Part shown: positions 12,322 to 27,393 of the stretch, one piece after another
How the letters are laid out: each line of letters opens with the position of its first letter
Position numbering within the stretch: the first letter of the stretch is position 1
Origin: Eledone cirrhosa
Taxonomy: Eukaryota
Reading direction: 5' to 3'
Length of the DNA: 64,000 bases
NCBI GenBank assembly: GCA_964016885.1
Contig: OZ024753.1
Span: 10,850,001-10,914,000 of the forward strand
Notes under the pieces: model-generated
The model's database searches: none
Told to the model about the DNA's origin: nothing
Seen by the model: the letters and a program-made list of their open reading frames with translations, nothing else
Made by a program: the position numbers and the translations under genes

Positions 12322-12350
12322 TAGTAGTAGTAGTAGTAGCAGCAGCAGTA
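11045..12350. repeat. (TAG)n/(CAG)n trinucleotide tracts
   Basis: Direct reading. Confidence 0.95.
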
Positions 12351-12439
12351 GTGTTGAAGGAAGAACCTAACATCTTCAAGAAGGAAGATAAAAGGCGGGG
12401 GTGGTGGTGGGGAGGGGCACTTAAAAGGAGCAATGATAA

Positions 12440-13820
12440 CATACACACACAAACACACACACAAACACACACAAAAACACATGCGTACACATGCACACAA
12501 ACACACACAATAACACATGCGTACACATGCACACAAACACACACAATAACACATGCGTACACACACACAAACACACAAAAACACATGCGTACACATACAC
12601 ACAAACACACACAATAATACATGCGTGCACATGCACACAAACACACACAATAACACATGCGTGCACACGCACACACAAACACACCCACACAATAACACTT
12701 GCACACACACACAATAACACATGCGTACACACACACAAACACACACTATAACACATGCGTGCACACGCACACACACACAAACACACACACACAATAACAC
12801 ATGCACACACACACAATAACACATGCGTACACACACACAAACACACGCAAAAACACATGCACACACACAATAACATGCGTACACACGCACACAACAACAC
12901 ATGGGGTACACACGCGCACACACACACAGATGGGATCTCTTACACACACAATAACACATGCGCACAAACACACAGACGATATATCTTACACACACAACAA
13001 TAACATGCACACGTGCCCATACACACGCACGTATGGGATCAATCTTCACACATACATACATACATACATACACACATACACACTCACCCTCTCATACATA
13101 CACACCCTCTCCCTCTCATACATACATACTCACACTCTCTCACACACACACTCACCCTCTCTCACACACACATCCTCTCCCTCTCATACGCACACACACA
13201 CTCACTCTCTCATACATACACACACATACATACACACCTCTCTCTCTCACACACATACATACACACATACCCCATCTCTCTCGCCCTCTCATACACACAC
13301 AAACACACACCCTCTCTCTCTCTCACATACATACACATACACACACATACATAGACACATACCCCATCTCTCTCGCCCTCTCATACACACACAAACACAC
13401 ACCCTCTCTCTCTCTCACATACATACACATACACACACATACATACACACATACCCCATCTCTCTCGCCCTCTCATACACACACAAACACACCCTCTCTC
13501 TCTCCCTCTCATACACACACACATACACACACATACACACACACATACCCCATCTCTCTCGCCCTCTCATACACACACAAACACACCCTCTCTCTCTCTC
13601 ACATACATACACATACACACACATACATACACACATACCCCATCTCTCTCGCCCTCTCATACACACACAAACACACCCTCTCTCTCTCACACACATACAT
13701 ACACATACATACATACACACATACCCCATCTCTCTCGCCCTCTCATACACACACAAACACACCCTCTCTCTCTCTCTCACACACACATACACACACCTTC
13801 TCTTCCTCACACACACACAC

Positions 13821-13867
<47 letters not shown>

Positions 13868-13895
13868 TCTCTCCCTCACACACACACAACATACA
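12440..13895. repeat. CA/CT-rich degenerate minisatellites
   Basis: Recurring acacacaataacacatgcgtac and ataccccatctctctcgccctctcatacacac units. Confidence 0.9.
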
Positions 13896-14044
13896 GACAG
13901 CCTCCCTGAACCAATTGTGGGGGGGGGGGGGGGCTCAATCTGATTAGGCTCCCCAGTTAAAAATAGCAGCTAAATCTCCCTCTTCCACAGAGGAAAATAG
14001 ACTGGATAGTCACATCTGGATTGTCTTTGATCACACATCTGGCG

Positions 14045-16142
<2,098 letters not shown>

Positions 16143-16284
16143 GGGCGAAACGTACGTAGGTGATACTTTAAATAAACATGTTTTAACGGTCTATTCTCCG
16201 ATTTTTTACTTTCCCCACGTATATATATATATATATATAGAGTGACGAAACATAAGTCAATTGTATGAACTCATAATCCTTTAT

Positions 16285-16349
16285 TTACCGCTATATATAT
16301 TTCGATCATAGCCATCGTATGGCTAACATCGAAATGTATATATCGGTAA
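16285..16349. repeat. Palindrome centred on a hammerhead stem II
   Basis: ttaccgctatatatatTTCGAT-catagccat-cgt-atggctaac-ATC-GAAA-tgtatata-TC-ggtaa. Confidence 0.7.
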
Positions 16350-16608
16350 TATCGATAGATGGTTGCCTCCATCATGGATCAACAAAGCACCCTTGCTATA
16401 TTAACACATTTTGATCTGCTTCTCTTCAAGAACTATGCCTGTAAATAACATTATTTTTTCTTTCACATTGACTTATGCTCCACATTACGCCCCTTTTTTT
16501 TCTTTTTTCTGTTCACTTCATAAACCTTGTTTGTAAATAACATTATTTCATTCTGCGCCATTTATTTAACATGTGCAACACCACCATTCTACACCAATAC
16601 ATATCACT

Positions 16609-16650
16609 ATCATTTGATAATGCATAACAATGCTGAAACCGGTAATAAAC
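16609..16650 (+). ncRNA. U3-A8 variant hammerhead motif
   Basis: at-TTGATAA-t-GCA-taacaa-TGC-t-GAAA-CCGG-TA-at; stem I is weak. Confidence 0.6.
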
Positions 16651-16873
16651 AATTATTAAATATATAAATATATAAATAAATAAATGCCATTGTTAATTAA
16701 TAAATAAATTAACTAATACCTTAACACTTCACACAAAGTAAAACATTTCTTTTTAATCATTTTCTAACCCAGAAAAAAGAGAAAGAAAGAGAGAAAGAAA
16801 TAAACAGGGAAAAAATATATTTTTCTTCCTAATAATCGTCTTTTTCTCCCTGTTTTCATATACATATAATATA

Positions 16874-16905
<32 letters not shown>

Positions 16906-16957
16906 AAAATATAAATATTAATAAAATAGATGTTCTTTTGATCAATTACATTTTATT

Positions 16958-17000
16958 ATACATATTTCGGATGTACAACAGTACGTCCTCATCAGACAAA
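16958..17000 (-). ncRNA. Hammerhead core, family C
   Basis: Minus strand CTGATGA-GGACGTAC-tgtt-GTACATCC-GAAA-tatgta. Confidence 0.7.
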
Positions 17001-17249
17001 ATATAATGATACATGACATACCCTGAGATGTTAAATGGTCAAGATTTAATCAAAGTAGTGATTAACCCGAGATAAAATGTTACTTATATAGTCTAATTAT
17101 GAGAAAATGCGAAAACGTAATAAATTCATTAGAGAATGTGTGAGTAAGAAAAAAGGTTGGAAAAAAGGTTGGAAAATCACTGATGAAGGACTATTTTTAT
17201 CATATGTAACCCATGTATAAACTACGCAGTATTCTTCTTTCTTCTCATG

Positions 17250-17296
<47 letters not shown>

Positions 17297-17399
17297 GACA
17301 CATACAGACAGACAGAAATGTAGACAGAGAGATAGACATCTAGGCAGACATTCAGGACCACAGACAGTCAGACAGAGAGAAACAGACAGAGAGACAGTT

Positions 17400-17417
17400 T
17401 GACAGAGAAAGAGACAG

Positions 17418-17510
<93 letters not shown>

Positions 17511-17714
17511 GAGAGACAGACAGAGAGACAGAGAGAGAGACAGAGAGAGAGAGAGACAGACAGATAGACAGAGAGAGAGACAGACAGAGAGACAGACAGA
17601 GAGACAGAGAGAGACAGACAGAGAGACAGACAAAGAGAGACAGACAAAGAGAGACAGAAATACAGACAGAGAGAAGACAGAGAGAGAGAGAGACAGACAG
17701 ACATAGAGACAGAC

Positions 17715-17761
<47 letters not shown>

Positions 17762-17795
17762 GAGACAGAGACACAGAGAGACAGACAGACAGACA
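17400..17795. repeat. (GA)n/(GACA)n microsatellite
   Basis: Direct reading. Confidence 0.95.
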
Positions 17796-17989
17796 TGGAA
17801 AAATCCCTGCTGCCTGAGAAACAGATGTAGTGAGGGGGTGAGGGGGGAGAGAGAAGACTAATGAGGATTTGAATGTGAGTCGAGGGCGGAGTAGATAGAG
17901 AGATAGATTGATTGAAGAGAGGAAGGATGATAGTAAAGAGGGAGGGGCAGGTGTGCGTGTGTGTCTGTGAGCGTATATATATATATATA

Positions 17990-18180
17990 TAGGAAAAAGT
18001 ATGACCCCGACGGCAGAGCTCAAGCCATTTCGACGGCTAATTCTGGACGGATTTAGCCGTCGAAACGGCTTGAGCTCTGCCGTCGGGGTCATACTTGTTC
18101 CTATTACCCACTCTACTACCCTAAGTATTGAGTACTTTGGTGTGTTATGGTCCATCTGGTTCCTTACCACATTTCCTTCG

Positions 18181-18182
<2 letters not shown>
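17990..18182 (+). mobile_element. TA-flanked fold-back cassette, family A
   Basis: Arms aagtatgaccccgacggcagagctc / gagctctgccgtcggggtcatactt around stem II gacggctaattctg-ga-cggatttagccgtc; standard tail follows. Confidence 0.88.
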
Positions 18183-18214
<32 letters not shown>

Positions 18215-18314
18215 CCAAAGATTAATATGGTTCATTGATTATTCAATGAATATAGTTTTACAATAGATTAAAAGCACTCAACAGTTGGAAAAAAATAATT
18301 TTTTCCCGGAGTTT

Positions 18315-18666
18315 TAATATTATTCAAAATATTAACAAATGACGACATTCACATAAACAAAATATATGCTTTGTTATATATATTTCGAAGGTATGTGTTG
18401 TTTTTTTCAGTACGTCCTCGTCAGATAAAATATATGATTTCATATATGACATACCATTACGGGTCTTGATATCTCAATTCCAATATATCTGCCAATACTG
18501 GAATTGAAATATCAAGACCCGTAGGGGTATCTCATATATGAGATCATATATTTTATCTGACGAGGACGTACTGAAAAAACAACACAGTACCTTCGAAATA
18601 TATATCACAAAGCATATATTTTGATTATGTGAATATCTTCATTTGTTAATATTTTGAATAATATTA
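18315..18666. repeat. ~350-bp imperfect palindrome with two inverted family C hammerhead cores
   Basis: Plus arm CTGACGA(18557-18563)-GGACGTACTG...CAGTACCTTC-GAAA; mirror copy at 18383-18424. Confidence 0.85.
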
Positions 18667-18699
18667 TATATATATATATATATATAAATATATATATAT

Positions 18700-19015
18700 G
18701 TAGAAGTTATATTTAATTTGTTCGGATACAACAAGCAAATATTTTTATAACTGATATAAAGCACTCAACAATTTTTTGGAGTAAAAATACAATATATTAA
18801 CAAATGGAAACTATATTTATAAAACCATATTTTTTTCATTATCCGGGAGCTTCCAACCGACATGGTTGCATTCTTTAAGGGTATGTCAATATTTGTTTAT
18901 AAAACTGATCTATATTATATTTTATCTGATGAAAGCGCACCATAATTGCTTTGGTGTCCTTGAAATATGTATAATGAAATAAATATGGTTTTATAAATAT
19001 AGTTTCCATTTGTTA

Positions 19016-19020
<5 letters not shown>
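18700..19020. mobile_element. TA-flanked family C cassette with inverted tail and a plus-strand hammerhead core
   Basis: ttat-CTGATGA(18926-18932)-aagcGCACCA...TGGTGTcctt-GAAA-tatgt-ataa; 18790-18842 is inverted relative to 18971-19020. Confidence 0.8.
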
Positions 19021-19074
<54 letters not shown>

Positions 19075-19076
<2 letters not shown>

Positions 19077-19399
19077 AAGGCGGGTAAAATCCCCGAGATC
19101 CATGGACGAGTTCTCTCCAGCGGTCTCTGTCCCTCATTATCGCTGCCATATCCTGCATCCCCAACAGACCAGTGTCTGTCCTTAGGGCATCAACATATGT
19201 TAACCTTGGTCTTCCTCTTCTAGTGTGTCACAGCTTGAGATCGGTGTGGAAGTCGGACCTTCGTAGAGACCTGAAAATCCGCCTCTTCATTGCTGTAGTG
19301 GAGTCTGTGCTGCTGTATGGGTCTGAGACTTGGACACTGACCAAGAGACTCACTCAGATGGTGGATGGGTGCTACACGAGAATGCTGAGGATGGCTCTG

Positions 19400-19402
<3 letters not shown>
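19075..19402. mobile_element. RTE-clade LINE 3' fragment with a 5' inversion, inside (TA)n
   Basis: Minus 19075-19229 encodes HTRRGRPRLTYVDALRTDTG...MRDRDRWRELVHGSRGFYPP*; plus 19230-19402 encodes WKSDLRRDLKIRLFIAVVESVLLYGSETWTLTK (post-RT motif of RTE-type ORF2). Confidence 0.85.
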
Positions 19403-19437
<35 letters not shown>

Positions 19438-19574
19438 TATAAACGGAGAAAGCTAATAGCGATACTCCGGCCAATTTCCAACTCACTCAACAGACATTAG
19501 GAAATGCCGGAGTATATTCCCAATTAAACGTTTGGGGTGCTAACTATATTGTATTGTGTGGAGAATTGGTTGTA

Positions 19575-19885
19575 TTCCCGACGAGGATAACTTTGCCTTT
19601 CATCCTTACGGGGTCGATAAAATAAAGTACCAGTAATGCACTGGGTATTTTCTGGCCTTGTGCCAAAAGTAGAAACAAATATTTTATTATGAGAAGGGCG
19701 CTGGATTGGCAGTATCGGTAGAGGGTCGGACGCCATGCTTTGACGCATAGTTACGGCCCTTGTCATTCTGAGTTCAAATCCCACAGAGGTTAACTTTGCT
19801 TTCATCCTTACGGGGTCGATAAAATAAAGTACCAGTAATGTACTGGGTAGTTGTTGGCCTTGTGCCAAAAGTAGAAAGAATTATT
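19575..19885 (+). mobile_element. Two tandem SINE copies
   Basis: Truncated copy 19575-19685 and full copy 19696-19885. Confidence 0.9.
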
Positions 19886-19904
19886 TTATATGAGATATAT
19901 TGAA

Positions 19905-21258
19905 TATATATATATATATATATATATAGGTGTGTGTATGTGTGTATGTATATATAGATGTGTGTGTGTGCAAATGTGTGTGTCTGTATGTGTATATGTA
20001 AATGTATGTGTATATATGTATATATAGATGTGTGTATATGTGTGTGTGTGTGTGTATATGTAAGTGTATGTGTATATATGTATATATAGATGTGTGTATG
20101 TGTGTGTGTGTGTATATATGTGTGTGTGTGTATGTAAGTGTATGTGGCGTGTATATGTATATATAAGTATTAAAATACTAGAGTGTGTTGGAGATAAACA
20201 CTCTCTTCATATTATAGAAATGACAGTATAAGATATAGCTCAATGTAATTAAACTGAGCGGAAGAATTATAAAAAATAAACCAAAGAAGCCTTCAATACA
20301 TCATTTTTTATAAATATATATATAGATATATAGATATATGTGTGTGTGTGTATATATGTGGTGTGTATGTATGTATGTATATATATATATATATATAGAT
20401 AGATGTGTGTATATGTGTGTGTATATGTGTATATGTAAGTGTATATCTATATATATAGTGTGTGTATGTGTGTGTGTGTATATGTGTGTATGTGTGTATA
20501 TATGTGCGTATATGTGTGTATATATATGTGTGTATATGTGTATATATGTGTGTATGTGCGTATATGTGTGTATATATATGTGTGTATATGTGTATATATG
20601 TGTGTATATATGTGTATATATGCGTGTGTGTGTTTCCAGACAGACAGTCAGGCAAGTTAAATGAAGAACCTTACTGTTGTCAGAAAACTGAGGAAGAGAT
20701 TTGGATGGGAGGGGTTGGAGGGTCGCGTTACTGGGGGAGGAGGGTCACGTTACTACGGGGGGAGGGGTCACGCGAGTATGGGGGAAGGGGTGGAGGTACA
20801 CGAGACGATGGCGTAGGGTAGTGGTACAGAAGATGATGGCGGGAGGGTGGTGGTGAGGAGGGGGTATTATGGTTGAGGCGGTGGGGAGATGAGGGTGGTA
20901 CACAGGATTTATCGATGAGGGAGGTGGGGATGTTGGTACAGGAGACGATGGAGGGGGTATGAGGGAAGGGGTGGAGGGGTGTTGCTACACGAGACGAAGC
21001 ATGAGGGGTGGGGGACGTTGATCCCAAGGCCAAATTAGGCAGACGATACCATTATTTCATTTAAAGACAAAAACAATGACTAATACACTGACGAGGTGGG
21101 AGTGGGTAGAAACAACATTAAGAAAACCAACAAAAAAATCTAAAACTAGGCCAAAAATATTGGTAATGAGGAGGGGCTGAGGTGGGGAGTGATAGTGTGT
21201 GTGTGTGTGTGAATGTGTGGTTGTGTGTGTGTGAATGTGTGGTTGTGTGTGTGTGTGG

Positions 21259-21300
<42 letters not shown>

Positions 21301-21303
21301 TTG

Positions 21304-21347
<44 letters not shown>

Positions 21348-22220
21348 TGTGTGTATGTGTAGGTGTGTATGTGTGTGTGTGTATGTGTATGTATTGTTTT
21401 CATTTCTTTGTTGCGATGTCGTAACAACCAATTCTTGTTTTGTTAATATCGTTAATCCATTGGAAGGGATAAACCTGAGTGAAGGAGGATGATGATGGTG
21501 GTGGTGGTGGTGATGGTAGGGGGTGATGATGATGGTGGTGGTGATGGTGGTGGTAGTAGTAGTGGTGATGGTGGTGATGGTGATGGTAGGCGGTGATGGT
21601 GGTGGTGGTAGTAGTGATGATGGTGGTGGTAATGGTGGTGGTGGTGGTGATGGTAGGCGGTGATGGTGGTGGTGGTAGTAGTGATGATGGTGGTGGTGGT
21701 GGTGGTGGTGGTGGTAGTAGTAGTGGTGATGGTGATGGTGGTGATGGTGGTGGTGGTAGTAGTAGTGGTGATGGTGATGGTGGTGATGGTGGTGGTGGTA
21801 GTAGTAGTGGTGATGGTGGTGGTGGTGATGGTGGTGGTGGTGATGATGGTAGGGGGTGATGATGGTAGGGGTGATGGTGGTGGTGGTGGTGGTGGTGGTG
21901 GTGGTGGTGGTGTCGACGACAATGTTTACGAAGTTGATAACGGTTCTAATGATGTTGCTACTGCTGATGATAACAATTATGTTAAACCACCACTACCACC
22001 TACCTGCACATCCCAACACCACCACCCACCACCACCACCTACCTCCATCACCTACCTCCACCTCCCAACACCACCAACACCACCTACATCCACCTCCAAA
22101 CACCATCATCTACTACCACCACTCACCACCATAACTCCCCCCCCCACGACCACCACATCCACTACCTCTTACCACCACCACCACCACCACCACAACCACC
22201 CACCTCTGCCCCACCCCCAC
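19905..22220. repeat. Mixed (TG)/(TA), (GGT/GAT) and (CCA) low-complexity region
   Basis: Direct reading. Confidence 0.9.
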
Positions 22221-22462
22221 CATATGGTAGCAATAGAAGATAATGTAGTAACAACAATAACAAGATGAACAATAGCTAAACTACAATGGCACTTGAAGTA
22301 TTAAAGAAATATGGAATAGTAAACATCAATAATTGGGATTAAATTAATCTAGAATAGGGTCCTTGAAAATAAACCTTAAATTAAGGGTTTCATAATTCCT
22401 CTCCTACAAACCCTTCCCCATCTTACCTCTCTCCGCCATACTCGTGTTCCAATAAATATATT

Positions 22463-22900
22463 TACGTGTGTTGGATGATACGTTCATAGGCTGATTATGG
22501 AGGAGTGATGCTAAGGCTGTGAAATCTTTGCATACATTAATTTGTTATTCTTCTTATTAATAACTGCATTGTTTCTTTCCAGGGACTTTGTTGAAAAATA
22601 AACCTCATTTAGTCATTCCATGAGAGTATCTTGGTCAGCCTATGAAGGAGTGATGCTAGAGCTGTGAAATCTTGGATACATTAATTTCAACCCTTCTTAA
22701 TATTAATTGCATTGTTTCTTTCCAGGGACTACGTTGAAAAATAAACCTCATTTGGACATTCCATGACAGCCTATGAAGGAGTGATGCTAGAGCTGTGAAA
22801 TCTTGTATAAAAGGCAATATTGATCTCAGTGGAATTTGGACATTCCATGACAGCCTATGAAGGAGTGATGCTAGAGCTGTGAAATCTTGTATAAAAGGCA
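22463..22900. mobile_element. Dispersed repeat (possibly a mariner-derived MITE) with internal tandem duplications
   Basis: Repeated tatgaaggagtgatgctagagctgtgaaatctt and gttgaaaaataaacctcatt blocks; a related end lies at 45350-45428. Confidence 0.55.
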
Positions 22901-23044
22901 ATATTGATCTCAGTGGAATTTGAACTCAGAATGTAAAGAAACTAAACAAATATCAAAGAATAATTTGTCCGTCGCTCTTCCGATTCTGCCAATCCTGCGC
23001 CATTGTATAATCTCCAAGTACATTATCAAAAAGACCCTTCTTAA

Positions 23045-23504
23045 CCCTTTAGCATTTACATTACTTTATATATATTATCATATTTTCAGATAAAAGGCTT
23101 TATCTCACATAATATCGAATCTATGAGATTTTGATATTTATTTTGAGAACAATGCCTTAAAATCAGTATGAGTGGCCGGTTACAGTCAGTTTGAACAGAA
23201 AGAGGTGAGAGAATTATGGCCGGATACGGCCGGTTACAGCCAGTTACTGAAAGAAGTGAGAGAATTATGGCCGGATACGGCCGGTTACAGCCAGTTTTAG
23301 AAAGAGGTGAGAGAATTATGGCCGGATACGGCCGGTTACAGCCAGTTACAGAAAGAGGTGAGAGAATTATGGCCGGATACGGCCGGTTACAGCCAGTTAC
23401 AGAAAGAGGTGAGAGAATTATGGCCGGATACGGCCGGTTACAGCCAGTTACAGAAAGAGGTGAGAGAATTATGGCCGGGTACGGCCGGTTTCATTGCTGA
23501 AGGG
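23045..23504. mobile_element. piggyBac-type MITE containing a 51-bp minisatellite
   Basis: TTAA TSDs (23041-23044, 23505-23508), TIRs CCCTTTAGCA / TGCTGAAGGG; about 6 copies of a 51-bp unit at 23175-23490. Confidence 0.82.
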
Positions 23505-23659
23505 TTAAGACAGTAGTACGTCATTTGAGGGAAATTTGAATTATATACTTTTAGAAGCTAGAGCAATGTAACGAGGTAAAGGACACGTCAAAATAAAACC
23601 ATCGTTGGCTTCACTTTTGTCTTATAATATATCATTTTTAGTTAAAAGGATTATTATTA

Positions 23660-24030
23660 AAGATATATTTCTTTATTTGCCACAAGGGCGTACAAAAATG
23701 GGACATTACAAGACGTGACGGCGGGGGTTTTTACATAAAAATCTTTAACAATGGATAACAATAAACTATATACAAAATAAAACAATCGAAATCCCCAGGT
23801 TTCTATACAGAGAAAGCCCATTCACTCGGGCCATTTTCGCCACATTCACCCACCTTTCAGCGTATTTACTGGGGTGTAGCACCTCTCTTTCCACTCTCAC
23901 CTTCCTTCTGAAGTGGTACTTAAAGAAGGGGATGAGTTGTTGTCCAGAGAGAAAGGTGTTTGCCCGCAGTCCTTTTAACCTCGTCCACTATATTACCTCT
24001 TTCGCCATAGCCACCAGGCAGAGGAAAAGA
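23660..24030 (-). mobile_element. Tx1/L1-like LINE 3' end fragment
   Basis: Minus strand encodes FLCLVAMAKEVI*WTRLKGLRANTFLSGQQLIPFFKYHFRRKVRVEREVLHPSKYAERWVNVAK, followed by a short UTR with AATAAA. Confidence 0.6.
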
Positions 24031-24059
24031 TATGTAAGTTGTTTAGTATCAATATGAGA

Positions 24060-24448
24060 AGATTATTATTTACCTGTAAGCTATTGTCTTGTTGGTGGTA
24101 AATAAATATATCCATATATATTAGGTCTGAACATAATTGTTTCTACTTTGGGCACAAGGCCAGCAATTACACCAATGTATTACTGGTGCTTTATTTTATC
24201 GACTTTGTAAGGATGAAAGGCAAAGTTTACCTCGACGGGATTTGAACTCAGATCATAAAGAGTCGTAACTATATGCTGCAAGGCATGGCGTCCGACCCTT
24301 TGATGGTCTGAATATAATAGAATTAAATTCCCACTGCCACGGCCTCCGCCACTCTCGTTCTCCCCATCTCGACCTATTATCAGCAAATGGGGGCCGACAC
24401 GCTGACCGTCCCGCGGCACCGGAGGATGGAATAGAGAAGGCGTTGCCT
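24060..24448 (-). mobile_element. CRE-like LINE 3' end interrupted by a SINE (24133-24300)
   Basis: 24305-24448 is homologous to 28165-28305. The SINE is flanked by ggtctgaacataat / ggtctgaatataat. Confidence 0.7.
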
Positions 24449-24739
24449 TGTTTTTTTTCCTATCAAATGAACGGAAAATATATGAAATACTTTTTTAAAC
24501 TCAAACTTTGCATATGTCACCAGAGACAGTGACATTGCGAATGCATACGAAACATAGAGGTTATAAACTGTAAACAAACAGACCGGAAGTGACAATATAT
24601 GACGCAGACAAAACTGAATAAATAACAGGAAGTTTTATGGGACTTTGACACCAAATAAGAAAATTCCAGACAAGTATTTTGAATATTATTTACAGTTCTG
24701 CAGAGTAATTCTGCCTGAAATGGTACAAAAAGTAATGTT

Positions 24740-24804
<65 letters not shown>

Positions 24805-24907
24805 TTATATGTGTGTGTGTGTAAAAGGTAAACAGAAATAACAACACAATCGGTACAGTATATGGAAGGTATATATTAGGTTAACGCTTGAAATAGCAGG
24901 AAGAGGG

Positions 24908-24943
24908 TCTTAATGTTTCGGACGCTAGTCCTTCATCAGAAGA
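24908..24943 (-). ncRNA. Minimal hammerhead motif (same family as 8541)
   Basis: Minus strand TCTT-CTGATGA-a-GGAC-tagc-GTCC-GAAA-ca-TT-AAGA; stem I TCTT/AAGA intact. Confidence 0.75.
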
Positions 24944-25398
24944 ATGAGAAATAAGATAAATTAAGGGGACGGGCGAGATGGAATTGGAAAAAATGTCTTT
25001 AGATGCCCCCTCGCTATCGAGTATGGCCATTGCAAAATATAACATTATTAATAATTATCAATTAATGCTATCGTGCAATGCCTGTGCGTGAATATTTTTT
25101 TTAAAGTGAGGAAAGACTGTGCACTGAGCCAATCCCACTCTCTGGGCGACAGTAGCTATAACCCGAAAAGAAGAAAATATCAACATCATCGGTAACTACT
25201 GAGCCGCAGGTTTTATGTCGGTGTTATCCCAGTGTCCTGAGTTGCCTTCTCCTAGAAGAATGCCCTGACAAAGGCTAGGAGTCCTTCACTCCCAGTGGTT
25301 TAATCGCACGATCGGGTATCCAGCCCGATTATTTCTAACACACACACATGTTTTTTTTGTTTTTTTTTCGTAACCGTAATACAATTTTCTGTTAGTTG

Positions 25399-25972
25399 AC
25401 CTATACTAAAGGGCTTCACTGATAAGGTTATGTGTGTTATAATTTCCCAGTTCCATGTTATGGAAAGAAGTTGTGGTTTTCACCTATACTAAAGGTCTTC
25501 ACTAATAGGGTTATGTGGGTTATAATTTCCCAGTTCCATGTTATGGAAAGAAGTTGTGGTTTTCACCTATACTAAAGGGCTTCACTGATAGGGTTATGTG
25601 TGTTATAATTTCCCAGTTCCATGTTATGGAAAGAAGTTGTGGTTTTCACCTATACTAAAGGGCTTCACTGATAGGGTTATGTGTGTTATAATTTCCCAGT
25701 TCCATGTTATGGAAAGAAGTTGTGGTTTTCACCTATACTAAAGGGCTTCACTGATAGGGTTATGTGTGTTATAATTTCCCAGTTCCATGTTATGGAAAGA
25801 AGTTGTGGTTTTCACCTATACTAAAGGGCTTCACTGATAGGGTTATGTGTGTTATAATTTCCCAGTTCCATGTTATGGAAAGAAGTTGTGGTTTTCACCT
25901 CTACTAAAGGGCTTCACTGATAGGGTTATGTGTGTTATAATTTCCCAGTTCCATGTTATGGAAAGATGTTGT
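25399..25972. repeat. 83-bp minisatellite, ~7 copies
   Basis: Unit cacctatactaaagggcttcactgatagggttatg...gaagttgtggtttt (period 25481 to 25564). Confidence 0.95.
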
Positions 25973-26371
25973 GCTGAATCTTTGGAATAGTGCTTAATAA
26001 ATATTAATGGCCCTAATAGTTGTTCCAATGTTCGAAAGTGGCTCGCCAATGGAATATGTTCCACACCCCTGGCCTAAACCTTTGGATGGAATACTTCTGG
26101 TCCTAACTAGTGTGATTAATTCTACCATAACCTTACTTACTTAGTATCTATAACACAGCTTCTACTGGTTGTTTGACCTGTTAGAAATAGCAATGAAATT
26201 CCCCGTATATCATACCTTACATTTTCTAAAATCGATATCTTAGTTGAAGGATGATGTGTTTGATACTTAGGTAAAAACAAACAAATAATTAAAACAAACA
26301 TAAATAATCGACAGATCTTTGATGGAATTCTTTTGATGTTAAGTTTATTAGATCAGAGTAGATCTAAAACT

Positions 26372-27140
26372 AAACAACAGTAACAACAACAACAACAGTA
26401 ACAACAACACTAGCATCAACGACAGTAACAACAACAACAGTAACACTATCAGCAGTAACAACAACAGTAACACTAACAGCAGTAACAACAACAACAGTAA
26501 CAACAACAGTAGTAACAACAGTAACAACAACAACAACAGCAACAACAGTAACAACAACAACAACAGTAACAACAACAACAACAACAACAACAGTAACAAC
26601 AACAGTAACACTAACAGCAGTAACAATAACAACAACAACAACAACAACAGTAACAACAGTAACAACAACAACAGTAACAACAACAGTAACAACAGTAACA
26701 ACAACAGTAACAACAACAACAGCAGTAACAACAGCAGTAACAACAGTAACAACAACAGTAACAACAACAACAACAACAGTAACAACAACAACAACAACAG
26801 TAACAACAACAACAACAACAGTAACAACAACAGTAACAACAGCAGTAACAACAGCAGTAACAACAACAGTAACAACAGTAACAACAGTAACAACAACAGT
26901 AACAACAGTAACAACAGTAACAACAACAGTAACAACAGTAACAACAACAGTAACAACAACAACAGTAACAACAACAACAACAGTAACAACAACAGTAACA
27001 ACAGCAGTAACAACAACAGTAACAACAGTAACAACAACAACAGTAACAACAACAACAGTAACAACAACAACAACAGTAACAACAACAACAACAACAACAG
27101 TAACAACAACAACAGTAACAACAACAGCAATAACATCAAC
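26372..27140. repeat. (AAC)n/(AACAGT) trinucleotide-derived tract
   Basis: Direct reading; source of the poly-L ORF. Confidence 0.96.
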
Positions 27141-27393
27141 TTAGATAACCTCCAGCAGGTCTGTATATTATATCGATTATGCTTTTGAAGTAACCAATGA
27201 CTCACAGTTAGACTTATTTCCCTTATAGACAAATTTAATGTCGCTGTGTCACATTTCCTTCCAAGTTATTTATCCAGTAATCAATACGAGGCGTAGATGA
27301 GACCAGTATACAGTGAGAAAATCTGCTAGAAATAGTAGACAATTCTACCTCAAATCACATATTAGGTTCTTATAAAACGTAACATATACTAGA

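Noticed and set aside
18001-18225. ORF MTPTAELKPFRRL... seen on both strands
   Set aside because: A by-product of the palindrome; runs into the TA repeat.
25399-25972. Regular repeats as a possible CRISPR array (also 30105-31195, 47163-48020, 59140-60590)
   Set aside because: Units are contiguous with no unique spacers, there are no cas genes, and the context is eukaryotic.
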